A DNA stretch of 40,995 bases from an uncultured Candidatus Saccharibacteria bacterium (GCA_964388775.1 CAYMBW010000004.1:1-40995), one strand, 5' to 3'; counted from the stretch's first letter, positions 1 through 8,940 are shown. Numbers and translations are program-made. The notes: a model not told the origin generated them from the letters alone.

Positions 1-178
1 TCCCTATTTTATATTGGCCATCTGCTCCTGTATTTAGAGGAACCGCCACATTGCCGTTAGGAGGGGCAACACTCGGCTCGGTCCAAGCGAAGATATAAAA
101 AGCCGTTACTGCTAAAAGCACTATAACGGCAAAACTCAAAGAAATAATCTTGGGCGAAATTTGATTCTCTTTTTTCAT
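1..178 (-). CDS. 5' part of a secreted/surface protein (runs off the window edge)
   Basis: Manual translation from ATG at 178: MKKENQISPKIISLSFAVIVLLAVTAFYIFAWTEPSVAPPNGNVAVPLNTGADGQYKIG. Signal-peptide-like hydrophobic stretch followed by an AWTEPxxxPPxGNVxxPLN motif; no stop before the edge. Confidence 0.7.
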   Translation of the reverse strand, partial: MKKENQISPKIISLSFAVIVLLAVTAFYIFAWTEPSVAPPNGNVAVPLNTGADGQYKIG

Positions 179-264
179 AGAATTAAAGTATTAATTTGAT
201 TAATTAATCTATAATAGCACATTGTCAACAACACAAGCAATACAATTGTGGAAAACTTTTTCTG

Positions 265-332
265 CTAATTATTAATCATTAATCACTTGCCCGCCTCGGG
301 CGGGTTAATCAGTAATAATTAATAATTTATCA
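265..332. repeat. Degenerate heptamer array (TTAATCA-like) interrupted by a GC-rich palindrome
   Basis: ctaatta ttaatca ttaatca [cttgcccgcctcgggcggg] ttaatca gtaataa ttaataa tttatca; inverted repeat cccgcc/ggcggg at 290-304. Confidence 0.8.
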
Positions 333-370
333 TTAGGGCTACCGCATAAACAGTCCCCTCTTGATTCCCT

Positions 371-399
371 TTGCTTGTATCTTAAAAATCCTATACAAT
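371..399 (+). promoter_or_regulatory. Putative sigma70 promoter for the 431 ORF and dnaE
   Basis: TTGCTT-N17-TACAAT, about 30 nt upstream of ATG 431. Confidence 0.5.
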
Positions 400-430
400 A
401 TACTAATATATTATCGTTATATTCTAATCT

Positions 431-1114
431 ATGGAGCAACTCCTGCATCGATTCACTGAGCAAGAGATATTCCAAGAACTAAGAAACGCTGAACGAGAAA
501 ACCGGACCGCAGATTTTTCCAATAAGCTTCTGCCGGAGTTTTCTTTTTCCGGAAAAGAAATAAATACCGGCATAAACCTCAAGGGTTCAACCATCCAAGG
601 CGCTCTTCATTTAGACGAATGCAATATCAAGGGAGATGTTAATTTGGAACAAGCCCTGATTTATGCCACATTATATATTTCAAAAACCGAAATCCAAGGA
701 GAATTTTTTGCCAATCAGATAAGAATCCGCGAAGTTTTGAATATGGTTGCTTCGACTTTCAAAAAGAATATATATATGAAAGAATCGTCCATCAAAGGTT
801 TTTTGGGACTGAACAAAGTGCAAATTGATGGAAACTTGGACATAAGCAAATCCATTATAAGAGACATTGTCACAAAAACAGGCACGATTAGAGGAGATGT
901 TTATCTCCGCGACGCTAAAATCGGCGGTTCGGTAATAGCGACAGAGGTTATGTCGGAAGGACTTGGAAATTTTGAAAGGACGAACATCGCCCAAAATCTT
1001 GACCTTAAAAATTCAAAATTTAAAGAAGTGGTTATCTTAAGCGGGACGATAGTTGAAGGAGAAATTGAGGCCCAAGACCTGCAATGCAAAAGTTTAATCG
1101 CGCATGTATCCTAA
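431..1114 (+). CDS. Hypothetical beta-solenoid / pentapeptide-like repeat protein
   Basis: 227 aa with recurring approximately 17-aa units of the type (L/F)xxxxIxGx(L/V)x(L/F), e.g. LKGSTIQGALHL, LDECNIKGDVNL, LNKVQIDGNLDI, LRDAKIGGSVIA. Confidence 0.6.
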   Translation: MEQLLHRFTEQEIFQELRNAERENRTADFSNKLLPEFSFSGKEINTGINLKGSTIQGALHLDECNIKGDVNLEQALIYATLYISKTEIQGEFFANQIRIREVLNMVASTFKKNIYMKESSIKGFLGLNKVQIDGNLDISKSIIRDIVTKTGTIRGDVYLRDAKIGGSVIATEVMSEGLGNFERTNIAQNLDLKNSKFKEVVILSGTIVEGEIEAQDLQCKSLIAHVS

Positions 1115-1122
1115 ATAGAATT

Positions 1123-4100
1123 ATGTCTCCTGCATTCACCCATCTTCATGTGCATAGCCAATATTCTCTCCTCGATGGACTGCCAAAAATCGAGGAACTT
1201 TTAGATTATGTCAAAAAAAACGATATGGATAGCGTGGCGCTAACCGACCACGGAGTTCTTTACGGCGCGGTAGAGTTTTATAAAAAAGCGAAGCAAGCGG
1301 GAATCAAACCGATAATCGGCTGTGAAGTTTATATGGCCTACGAAAGCATGACCCAAAAAAGGCCAAAAATTGACAGCAAACGTTATCATTTAATCTTGCT
1401 TGTGAAAAATGAAATCGGTTACCGCAATTTGGTAAAAATGGTAAGTAAGTCCCACTTAGAGGGTTTTTATTACAAACCAAGGATAGACGAGGAATTATTG
1501 TTTCAACACGCCGAAGGACTTATTGCCCTTTCCGGCTGTTTACAGGGAAAAATCCCCCGCCTTATAATCTCCGGCCGTATTGAGGAAGCGGAAAAAACAG
1601 CTCTAAAATATCAAAAGGCCTTTGGCAAAGAAAACTTTTACCTGGAAATCCAACATCACGCAAACATTCCGGAACAAAGCAAAATAAATAAGATTCTTAT
1701 AGAATTATCCAAGAAACATAATATTCCTTTGGTGGCCACTAATGACTGCCATTATCTCCGGCCGGACGACGCAGAAGCGCAGGATATTTTGATGCTCATT
1801 AATACCGGCGCAAAGCCGGACGACTCTAACCGCCTCACTATGAGGCAAGACGATTTTTCTATGACGCCACCGAAAGAAATGGCAGAAAATTTTAAAAATG
1901 TCCCTGAAGCGATTAGCAATACTCAAAAAATAGTTGAGGCCTGTAATTTTGAATTCAAATTAGGGGAGATAAAGCTCCCCCATTTTCCGGTGCCAAATCA
2001 AGGCAATCCCGACCAATATTTAAAAAATATCTGCGAGAGAAGATTTGAGAAAAGAAAAAAAGAATTCAAAAACGAAAAAGAATCAAGAGATAGATTGGAC
2101 TATGAGCTGGAAGTTATTGAAAAAACCGGATTCGCTTCCTATTTCCTTATTGTGGCTGATTTTGTTGAGTGGGCAAAGGAAAATAAAATAGTAGTAGGTC
2201 CCGGCCGGGGCAGCGTGGGTGGCTCTTTGGTTGCTTATTTGACCAATATCACCAACATCAATCCCTTGCAATATAACCTTCTTTTTGAAAGATTTTTAAA
2301 TCCAGAAAGAATCTCTATGCCTGATATTGACCTTGATTTTGCCGATACCAGAAGAGACGAGGTTATAGAGTATGTCTCCCGGAAATACGGGCAAGAAAGG
2401 GTTGCTCAAATTATAACATTCGGGACGATGGCTGCCCGGGCAGCGATAAGAGATGTTGGCAGGGTCTTGAAATATCCTTACAGTTTGTGCGATAAAATTG
2501 CCAAAATGGTTCCTTTGGGGTTTGACCTTGACCAAACACTTAAACGAGTGCCCGAGTTCCGCGAAGCATATGAAAACGATGAACAAATTAAGCGACTGAT
2601 TGATTTGTCCAAAAAATTAGAGGGCGTTGCCCGCCATGCTTCGACGCATGCTTGCGGAGTTGTTATTTCCGCAAAACCGCTTGATACTCTTGTCCCCGTC
2701 CAACGGCCAACTCAAAGCGACGGTAATATTATCACTCAATATGAAATGCATTCAATCGAGGACCTGGGTTTGTTAAAAATGGATTTTCTGGGGCTAAAAA
2801 ATCTCACTATGATTGAGGAAGCCATTAAGCTTATTAAGGCAACCCGCGGGGAAAAAATTGAAATTGACGAAATCCCGCAAAATGACAAAAAAACCTATAA
2901 ACTTTTGCAGAAAGCGGAAACTACCTCTATTTTCCAACTGGAAAGTTCCGGTATGAAAAAATGGCTCCGCCAACTTCAACCCTCAACATTTGAAGATATC
3001 TCCACCATGCTTGCCCTTTACCGCCCCGGCCCTATGCAGTTTATTCCCGAGTATGTGGCTCGAAAACAAAAAAAGAAAAAAGTTGAATACCTGCATCCCA
3101 AGCTAAAGCCAATTTTGGAAGCGACTTACGGACTGCCGGTATTTCAGGAACAGATGATGCAAATCGCCAGAGAAATTGCCGGATTTTCGCTTAGTGAGGC
3201 GGATATCCTGCGAAAAGCAATCGGCAAAAAAATCCCCTCTCTCCTACGCGAACAAAAAGAAAAATTCATTTCCGGCGCAATCAAACAGGATGTTGAAAAA
3301 GAAATCGCCCAAAAAATTTGGAGTTGGTTCTTACCTTTCGCCCAATATGGATTTAATAAATGTTTGACTGGAGAGACAAAGATAATCTCTCCCACAGGTC
3401 ATATTAGAACCATTGAAGATGTTTATAACGAAAGCAAACTGAAGAGAGCTTATCGCTATACTGGAAAGTCGGTGATTTCTTTGAACGAAAATTTAAAGTT
3501 TAAAGCTGGCAAAATTTTAGAAATAAACAAAAACGGCAAAAAACCGGTTTACGAAATTACAGCATGCTCGGGGCGAAGAATTAAGGCAACAACAGAACAT
3601 AAATTCCTTATCTTTTCCGGCTGGAAAAAATTAGAAAAACTGAAAAAGGGAGATAGAATTGCTATTGCTCGTTCTTGGCCCACACATAAAATGGCTAAAA
3701 TCAATTGGTCGTGGCATAAAACCGCTCTATTAGGATACGCGTTAAGTGAAGGGAATCTCTGCCATCCGCATGGATTCTATCTCTATACGAATTCTAAAGA
3801 AATGCTTAAAGAATATGTAAAAATCCTTGAAAAATTTAAAAATACTAAAGCAACTGTTTCCGAGAGGAAAGAGATAGAAAAGAGGGGCAGATATTCCGTG
3901 TATGCCGGCAGGATTAATCTTAAACAAAAATCCGAAGCAGTGGACTGGATAATGGATGAGCTTAATTTGAAATATAAAAAAGCTACTCAAAAATTTATTC
4001 CTCTTGACGCTTTTAAACTTGAAAATAATAAATTAGGAGTCCTGCTCGGCGCAATGTGGAATGGAGACGGTTGTATTGATTCTAAAACAGGATCAATCTA

Positions 4101-5697
4101 CTATGCCACTTCATCTCAACAGCTTGCCGAACAAGTTCAAAACCTTCTTTTGCGCTTTGGAATCGTATCAAAATTGCATAAGAAAAAGTTTAATTACCGA
4201 GACACGCAAAAAATAGGTTGGACAATTAATTTTAGCCGTTACGATAATCTTCTTAAATTTTCTGAAAATATAGGGCCTCATCTTATTGATAAAAGGAAAA
4301 GAGACTTTCAACAAATATTGAACACTCATCCGATTTTAAAAATAGACGATGATTCCGTATTGTCTGCCCGAGGCACTTTAGACACGGTACCCACAGAAGT
4401 GATCATAGAAATAAGAAATGAATGCCAGCGCGCAAATATTCCTATGAAAACAGTAGCTGACTGGGCAGGAGTTTCGTATAGGCTTTTTCAAATAGATCGC
4501 CGCAAGAAAGGCCTGCAAAGAGAGACATTATCTAAAATTGCCAATGTCTTAGATTCTGAAAGATTAAAAAATTTGGCTAAATCAGATATTTATTGGGATA
4601 GAATAAAATCTATCAGATACATAGGAAAACAAGAAACATATGACCTTACAATTCAAAAAAATCATAATTTCACAGCCAATGGATTTATTGTTCATAATTC
4701 TCATTCAACGGGTTATGGAATTATCGCCTACCAGACCGCATACCTGAAAGCCAACTACCCGGTAGAATTTATGGCAGCAGTGCTGGCCTCTGAAAAACAA
4801 GACGTTGAAAGAATCGCCTTTCTTCTGGAAGAATGTAAAAGAATGAATATTGAGGTTCTGCCTCCGGATATAAATGAAAGTTTCAAAAACTTTGCGGTTG
4901 TGGATAAGAACAAAATCAGGTTCGGACTTTTAGCCATTAAAAATGTCGGTCATAATATTGTCGAAACAATCGTGAATGAAAGAGCCGCCCACGGGAAATA
5001 TCAATCAATCGGCGATTTTGTAAACAGAACCCTTTCAAAGGATTTAAATAAAAAATCAATGGAAGCGCTGATTAAGACCGGCGCTTTTGATAAATTAGAA
5101 GAAAGAAATATGCTGCTTGGCAATCTGGAACGATTATTAACCTGCTCAAGGGAAATCCAAAACAACAAAAAAAATGGGCAGAAAGGACTTTTTGACGGTT
5201 CCAAAATGAAGACCACTATTAATTTAGAACAAATGGAGCCGGCCGGTGCCGCTGAAAAACTGCAATGGGAAAAAGAATTATTAGGGCTTTTTGTGTCAGG
5301 GCATCCCCTGGAGACATGCCCGAAATCTGTCGCCAAGAAAACGGTTCCTATATCGAAAATTCTCCAAGAACTCACCAAGACAGAAGACCAGCCGGGCTTC
5401 CCTTTGAATGTGCCTGACAAAATATTTAAAAAAATAATGCCCGGAACCCGTCTTAAAATATGCGGATTGATTTCTCGAATTAAAAAGATTATTACTAAAA
5501 GCGGACGCCCGATGTTTTTCGTAAAAATACAGGATTTAACCGGTGAAATTGAAGCAATTATTTTCCCCAACAGCGCGGAGCAATACGCTCACGTCTTGCA
5601 GGAAAATAAAATAGTCATTGTTTCGGGCAGAGTTGATTTTAAAGACGATTCCCCGAAAATGATTGTCGACGGCATTGAAGAAATCATAGAAGAATAA
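1123..5697 (+). CDS. dnaE: DNA polymerase III alpha subunit, intein-containing
   Basis: PHP motif FTHLHVHSQYSLLDG, ALTDHG, GPGRGS, catalytic PDIDLD, YGFNK/SH and a C-terminal OB fold. Start set at ATG 1123, after the upstream stop at 1114. Confidence 0.97.
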   Translation: MSPAFTHLHVHSQYSLLDGLPKIEELLDYVKKNDMDSVALTDHGVLYGAVEFYKKAKQAGIKPIIGCEVYMAYESMTQKRPKIDSKRYHLILLVKNEIGYRNLVKMVSKSHLEGFYYKPRIDEELLFQHAEGLIALSGCLQGKIPRLIISGRIEEAEKTALKYQKAFGKENFYLEIQHHANIPEQSKINKILIELSKKHNIPLVATNDCHYLRPDDAEAQDILMLINTGAKPDDSNRLTMRQDDFSMTPPKEMAENFKNVPEAISNTQKIVEACNFEFKLGEIKLPHFPVPNQGNPDQYLKNICERRFEKRKKEFKNEKESRDRLDYELEVIEKTGFASYFLIVADFVEWAKENKIVVGPGRGSVGGSLVAYLTNITNINPLQYNLLFERFLNPERISMPDIDLDFADTRRDEVIEYVSRKYGQERVAQIITFGTMAARAAIRDVGRVLKYPYSLCDKIAKMVPLGFDLDQTLKRVPEFREAYENDEQIKRLIDLSKKLEGVARHASTHACGVVISAKPLDTLVPVQRPTQSDGNIITQYEMHSIEDLGLLKMDFLGLKNLTMIEEAIKLIKATRGEKIEIDEIPQNDKKTYKLLQKAETTSIFQLESSGMKKWLRQLQPSTFEDISTMLALYRPGPMQFIPEYVARKQKKKKVEYLHPKLKPILEATYGLPVFQEQMMQIAREIAGFSLSEADILRKAIGKKIPSLLREQKEKFISGAIKQDVEKEIAQKIWSWFLPFAQYGFNKCLTGETKIISPTGHIRTIEDVYNESKLKRAYRYTGKSVISLNENLKFKAGKILEINKNGKKPVYEITACSGRRIKATTEHKFLIFSGWKKLEKLKKGDRIAIARSWPTHKMAKINWSWHKTALLGYALSEGNLCHPHGFYLYTNSKEMLKEYVKILEKFKNTKATVSERKEIEKRGRYSVYAGRINLKQKSEAVDWIMDELNLKYKKATQKFIPLDAFKLENNKLGVLLGAMWNGDGCIDSKTGSIYYATSSQQLAEQVQNLLLRFGIVSKLHKKKFNYRDTQKIGWTINFSRYDNLLKFSENIGPHLIDKRKRDFQQILNTHPILKIDDDSVLSARGTLDTVPTEVIIEIRNECQRANIPMKTVADWAGVSYRLFQIDRRKKGLQRETLSKIANVLDSERLKNLAKSDIYWDRIKSIRYIGKQETYDLTIQKNHNFTANGFIVHNSHSTGYGIIAYQTAYLKANYPVEFMAAVLASEKQDVERIAFLLEECKRMNIEVLPPDINESFKNFAVVDKNKIRFGLLAIKNVGHNIVETIVNERAAHGKYQSIGDFVNRTLSKDLNKKSMEALIKTGAFDKLEERNMLLGNLERLLTCSREIQNNKKNGQKGLFDGSKMKTTINLEQMEPAGAAEKLQWEKELLGLFVSGHPLETCPKSVAKKTVPISKILQELTKTEDQPGFPLNVPDKIFKKIMPGTRLKICGLISRIKKIITKSGRPMFFVKIQDLTGEIEAIIFPNSAEQYAHVLQENKIVIVSGRVDFKDDSPKMIVDGIEEIIEE
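3361..4698 (+). mobile_element. DnaE intein (446 aa) with LAGLIDADG homing endonuclease
   Basis: Starts CLTGETKII after YGFNK; block B ATTEHKF; LAGLIDADG motifs LLGYALSEG and LLGAMWNGDG; ends TYDLTIQKNHNFTANGFIVHN followed by extein Ser (SHS). Confidence 0.95.
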
Positions 5698-5704
5698 AAC
5701 AATG

Positions 5705-5713
5705 TGCTATAAT
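5705..5713 (+). promoter_or_regulatory. Extended -10 promoter element upstream of the arginine decarboxylase gene
   Basis: TGCTATAAT (TGn-TATAAT) about 38 nt upstream of ATG 5751. Confidence 0.55.
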
Positions 5714-5750
5714 AAAAAATCTTTTAATATTCAATAAATACTAAAAATAC

Positions 5751-6248
5751 ATGTCAGAAAATGTCGAAAAACAAAATTTAAATATCTATATAGCTACTGG
5801 CACAGGAGAAGGGAAAACAAAAATCTCTGCCTTTGATGCCGCATTAATGAATGCCGGTATCGCCAATTATAACTTAATTTATCTATCTTCGGTTATCCCC
5901 AAATCTTCAATCATAAAAATTAGGAAAATAAAACCCAAGAAAAATGAGTATGCCAATAAGCTCTATCTGGTCATAGCTCGTTTTGACCAAAGCACTATCG
6001 GAAAAGAAGCGTGGGCTGGATTAGGATGGATTCAAGACAGAGAAGGTCGAGGATTGTTCGCCGAACATTGGGCAGAGAGTAAAGAAGCAGTAATCAAGCT
6101 AATTCATAATTCTTTAAATGAAATGAGAGAATTAAGGCCCTATAAATATGGAAAAATCTACTACTCTGTAGCGGGCGCGAGATGTAAAGATAGACCGGTC
6201 TGCGCTGTTGTAGCGGCTACATATAAAAGTGAAAATTGGGAAAAATAA
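5751..6248 (+). CDS. pdaD: Pyruvoyl-dependent arginine decarboxylase
   Basis: GTGEGxTxxSAFDAALxxAGIANYNLIYLSSVIP signature with the Ser-Ser autocleavage site; GLFAEH; C-terminal CAVVAATY. Confidence 0.88.
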   Translation: MSENVEKQNLNIYIATGTGEGKTKISAFDAALMNAGIANYNLIYLSSVIPKSSIIKIRKIKPKKNEYANKLYLVIARFDQSTIGKEAWAGLGWIQDREGRGLFAEHWAESKEAVIKLIHNSLNEMRELRPYKYGKIYYSVAGARCKDRPVCAVVAATYKSENWEK

Positions 6249-6293
6249 AAAAAGAGGGTAGCTCGGCTCGAAAAACTCGAGACAAACTACCCT
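6245..6293 (-). terminator. Intrinsic terminator between convergent pdaD and the GNAT-like gene
   Basis: Minus strand agggtagtttgtctcgagtttttcgagccgagctaccct followed by ctttttttattttt. Confidence 0.7.
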
Positions 6294-6307
6294 ATTATTG
6301 TCTACTG

Positions 6308-6838
6308 CTATCCGCCCCATTGATATATGCGATATACCTGTGTGTCTAATGTTTCTCCTTCTATTGATCTATGTAAGGCCCTTTTTGCAAACAAAGGAAT
6401 TGCTCTATTGGCCGTTTGGGAATAATCGAAAGCCACAGCCCCACTTTCGGGTAAAGAGCAAATCATTTTTTCTAAGAGCTTAGCACCCAATGCCATGCTA
6501 GCGACATCGATCTTTACAGCAATACCTACCAAGTAATAGAGCAATCCCCTATTAATAGGTTCCGGAAACTTCTTCTGGAAAAAAGAGATGTTGATCCATG
6601 GAACTTTTTCTAGGTGGTTGGTGATAATCCCAATGCCTGCCGGTTTTTCTTCTACGAAAAGGACAAATTTCTGGAAATCTCTGTCCTTCATTGCCTCCAG
6701 AAATTCCTCTTTATGACAGTGTTGCCTGCAAGGAGTTTCAGCGTTTACTGCTTGAAATGTTGCGTCATACATCTCCCATAGCTCTCTTCGGAGCGTTGTG
6801 TCGGAGATGCAGAGTTCCTTCTTGATATCGAGAATCAC
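6308..6838 (-). CDS. Hypothetical GNAT-fold acyltransferase-like protein
   Basis: Layout of helix (LWEMYDATF), helix (EEFLEAMKD), strands KFVLFVEEKPAGIGII and LLYYLVGIAV, then a motif-A-like helix MALGAKLLEKMI. AGGAGG at 6852-6847 favours the GTG at 6838 over 6847. Confidence 0.6.
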   Translation of the reverse strand: MILDIKKELCISDTTLRRELWEMYDATFQAVNAETPCRQHCHKEEFLEAMKDRDFQKFVLFVEEKPAGIGIITNHLEKVPWINISFFQKKFPEPINRGLLYYLVGIAVKIDVASMALGAKLLEKMICSLPESGAVAFDYSQTANRAIPLFAKRALHRSIEGETLDTQVYRIYQWGG

Positions 6839-6856
6839 AAATATCACCTCCTAATC

Positions 6857-7237
6857 TTAATAGAATTTGAAATAGACAAAATACCCTATCGAGCCACTAA
6901 TCCATACCCAAATCCCAAGATGAACATACCAGCGCAAATTCTTCCCTACTACCTCGATATAGAGATAAGGCGATGCCCATGCCAATCGATTGATAAGCAA
7001 TCCCCAAATCAACGAGCTATTGGTGAAACTTAATTCACTGAAATCAAAGCGAATCAAATCTCCTAAGCCGATTGAGAAAATGCCACTTCCTCTTAACATA
7101 AGGTAAATCCCGAAATAGTATGGTAGAAAACTGAAAAGATAGATAATGATAAAAGTCATGGGGTTGACATTATGACTTTTAGCCCTATCGTTCAATTTAC
7201 TACATTTTTCTTTCAAAAACCTGATAATCATCACCAT
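6857..7237 (-). CDS. Small integral membrane protein (about 3 hydrophobic segments), unknown function
   Basis: 126 aa; hydrophobic segments TFIIIYLFSFLPYYFGIYLML, LIWGLLINRLAWASPYLYI, WYVHLGIWVWISGSIGYFVYF; AGGAGG SD at 7248-7243. Confidence 0.7.
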   Translation of the reverse strand: MVMIIRFLKEKCSKLNDRAKSHNVNPMTFIIIYLFSFLPYYFGIYLMLRGSGIFSIGLGDLIRFDFSELSFTNSSLIWGLLINRLAWASPYLYIEVVGKNLRWYVHLGIWVWISGSIGYFVYFKFY

Positions 7238-7288
7238 CGCATCCTCCTATTCAATTCTTTATTAAAAATTGTCAAAAAATCTAAATTA

Positions 7289-7317
7289 AGATTAACACAA
7301 TTATCTTTAATAGTCAA
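7289..7317 (-). promoter_or_regulatory. Putative sigma70 promoter for the membrane protein-GNAT operon
   Basis: Minus strand TTGACT-N17-TAATCT with TG extension, in the 82-bp divergent spacer before the kinase. Confidence 0.5.
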
Positions 7318-7319
7318 AT

Positions 7320-8930
7320 ATGATAATAATCGTCCAAATTATTCCTCTCTTAATTATCGGGGTTACTCTCATATTAGGAATAGCCATATTATTACACAGT
7401 CCACGTAAGAGGCCCAATCAAGTGTTGGCTGGTATAGTATTAAGTTCTGCTTTTTGGGTCTTCGCAAACTTAATGGTAGATATGGCCAAAAATGATACAG
7501 CAGTGCTTCGATGGAGTCGGCTGACACTTCTGGGACCCATTTTAATTCCTTTTCTATTTCTTTATTTCTCTTATATTTTCCCTCGTTCTTCAAAAATAAA
7601 TAAACTAAAATGGTTTTTTATTTTCCTTCCCATCGTCTTGCTATTTTTTGTGCCAACTCACTTCAATATTCAAGAAGTATACTTTGTCTCGGGTAGCATT
7701 CCTCAAGTAATTCCGGGAATATTATATGTGCCATTTTTTATCTATTTCGCAAGTTATGTTGCTATTGCTCTTTACAATTTTTTAAAAAACATAAAACGAT
7801 CCTCGACGCTTGAAAAAAAACAGATACAATATGTAATTATTGGAACAGTTTTGACCGTTTCGATAGGCCTTATCACTAATGTTTTATTGTTATCCTTTGG
7901 TATTCCCGAAGCTTCCAGTTTTGGCCCATACGCAACAATTTTCTGGACTGTTTTCCTTTCATTAGCTATTCTTAAGCACCACCTTTTTGACATTAAGGTT
8001 ATTGCCACAGAGTTATTTACGGCCCTGTTAATTATATTGCTCTTTATTAATATTTTTTCTTACAACAGTTTAAGCCAACTTATTCTAAACATTGCAATCT
8101 TCATAGGAACAATAATCTTTGGCATCTTTTTAATTAAATCTGTCTTTCGGGAAGTCAAAATACGAGAAGAAAAAGAAAAATTAGCCCTGGAGTTAGAGTT
8201 GGCAAATGCGAAATTAAAAAAACTTGACCAGGCAAAATCAGAGTTTTTGTCCATTGCCTCGCACCAGTTGCGCACTCCCCTTTCTGTGATTAAAGGATAT
8301 CTCTCAATGGTTCTTGAAGGGACTTATGGAAAAATCTCCAAAAAAGTGAAAAAACCGATAAATAATGTTTTCCAAGCAAGTAAACAATTAAATCAGTTGG
8401 TTAATACGCTTCTGAACGTTTCCCGCATTGAGGCCGGGAAGATAAAATTAGAAGCGAGCCCAATGTCCATTAAGGAGGTGCTTGAGCCAATAACCGAAGA
8501 ATTCAAAATAGTAGCAGAAGAAAAAGGCCTATATCTTAATCTTTCAATCTCCGATTCCCTGCCTCTAATTCCTCTGGACAAGGAAAAGATGAATCAGGTT
8601 GTAATGAATATTATTGATAATGCTATTAAATATACTGAAAGAGGGGGCATCACCATAAAATGTAAAATGAAAAATGAAAAATTAAAAATAATGATATCAG
8701 ATACTGGACTGGGTATGGATAAAAAACAATTGACTGAAATATTCCAAAAATTCAGCCGAGGGACGGCCGGAGAGACCCACTGGTCAAACGGAGCCGGTTT
8801 GGGAATGTATATCGCCAAAGAATTCACGGAACTGCATAAGGGAAAAATCTGGGCTGAATCAAAAGGCCAGGGCAAGGGCTCAACCTTTAATATTGAACTT
8901 CCTGTAAATTTGAGTACAATAAAGGATTAA
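7320..8930 (+). CDS. Sensor histidine kinase with N-terminal multi-TM (HisKA_7TM-like) domain
   Basis: About 280-aa hydrophobic N-terminus, H-box SEFLSIASHQLRTPL, N-box NIIDNAIKYT, G1 DTGLGM, F-box IFQKF, G2 GAGLGMYI, GKGSTF. Confidence 0.93.
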   Translation: MIIIVQIIPLLIIGVTLILGIAILLHSPRKRPNQVLAGIVLSSAFWVFANLMVDMAKNDTAVLRWSRLTLLGPILIPFLFLYFSYIFPRSSKINKLKWFFIFLPIVLLFFVPTHFNIQEVYFVSGSIPQVIPGILYVPFFIYFASYVAIALYNFLKNIKRSSTLEKKQIQYVIIGTVLTVSIGLITNVLLLSFGIPEASSFGPYATIFWTVFLSLAILKHHLFDIKVIATELFTALLIILLFINIFSYNSLSQLILNIAIFIGTIIFGIFLIKSVFREVKIREEKEKLALELELANAKLKKLDQAKSEFLSIASHQLRTPLSVIKGYLSMVLEGTYGKISKKVKKPINNVFQASKQLNQLVNTLLNVSRIEAGKIKLEASPMSIKEVLEPITEEFKIVAEEKGLYLNLSISDSLPLIPLDKEKMNQVVMNIIDNAIKYTERGGITIKCKMKNEKLKIMISDTGLGMDKKQLTEIFQKFSRGTAGETHWSNGAGLGMYIAKEFTELHKGKIWAESKGQGKGSTFNIELPVNLSTIKD

Positions 8931-8940
8931 ACATAAAATT

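Noticed and set aside
247-256. DnaA-box-like TTTTCCACA on the minus strand, with a weaker one near 24755
   Set aside because: Isolated boxes with no cluster and no dnaA/dnaN nearby; not enough to call an origin.
1084-1122. Longer dnaE start given in the ORF track
   Set aside because: It overlaps the upstream gene; ATG 1123 directly precedes the conserved FTHLHVHS motif.
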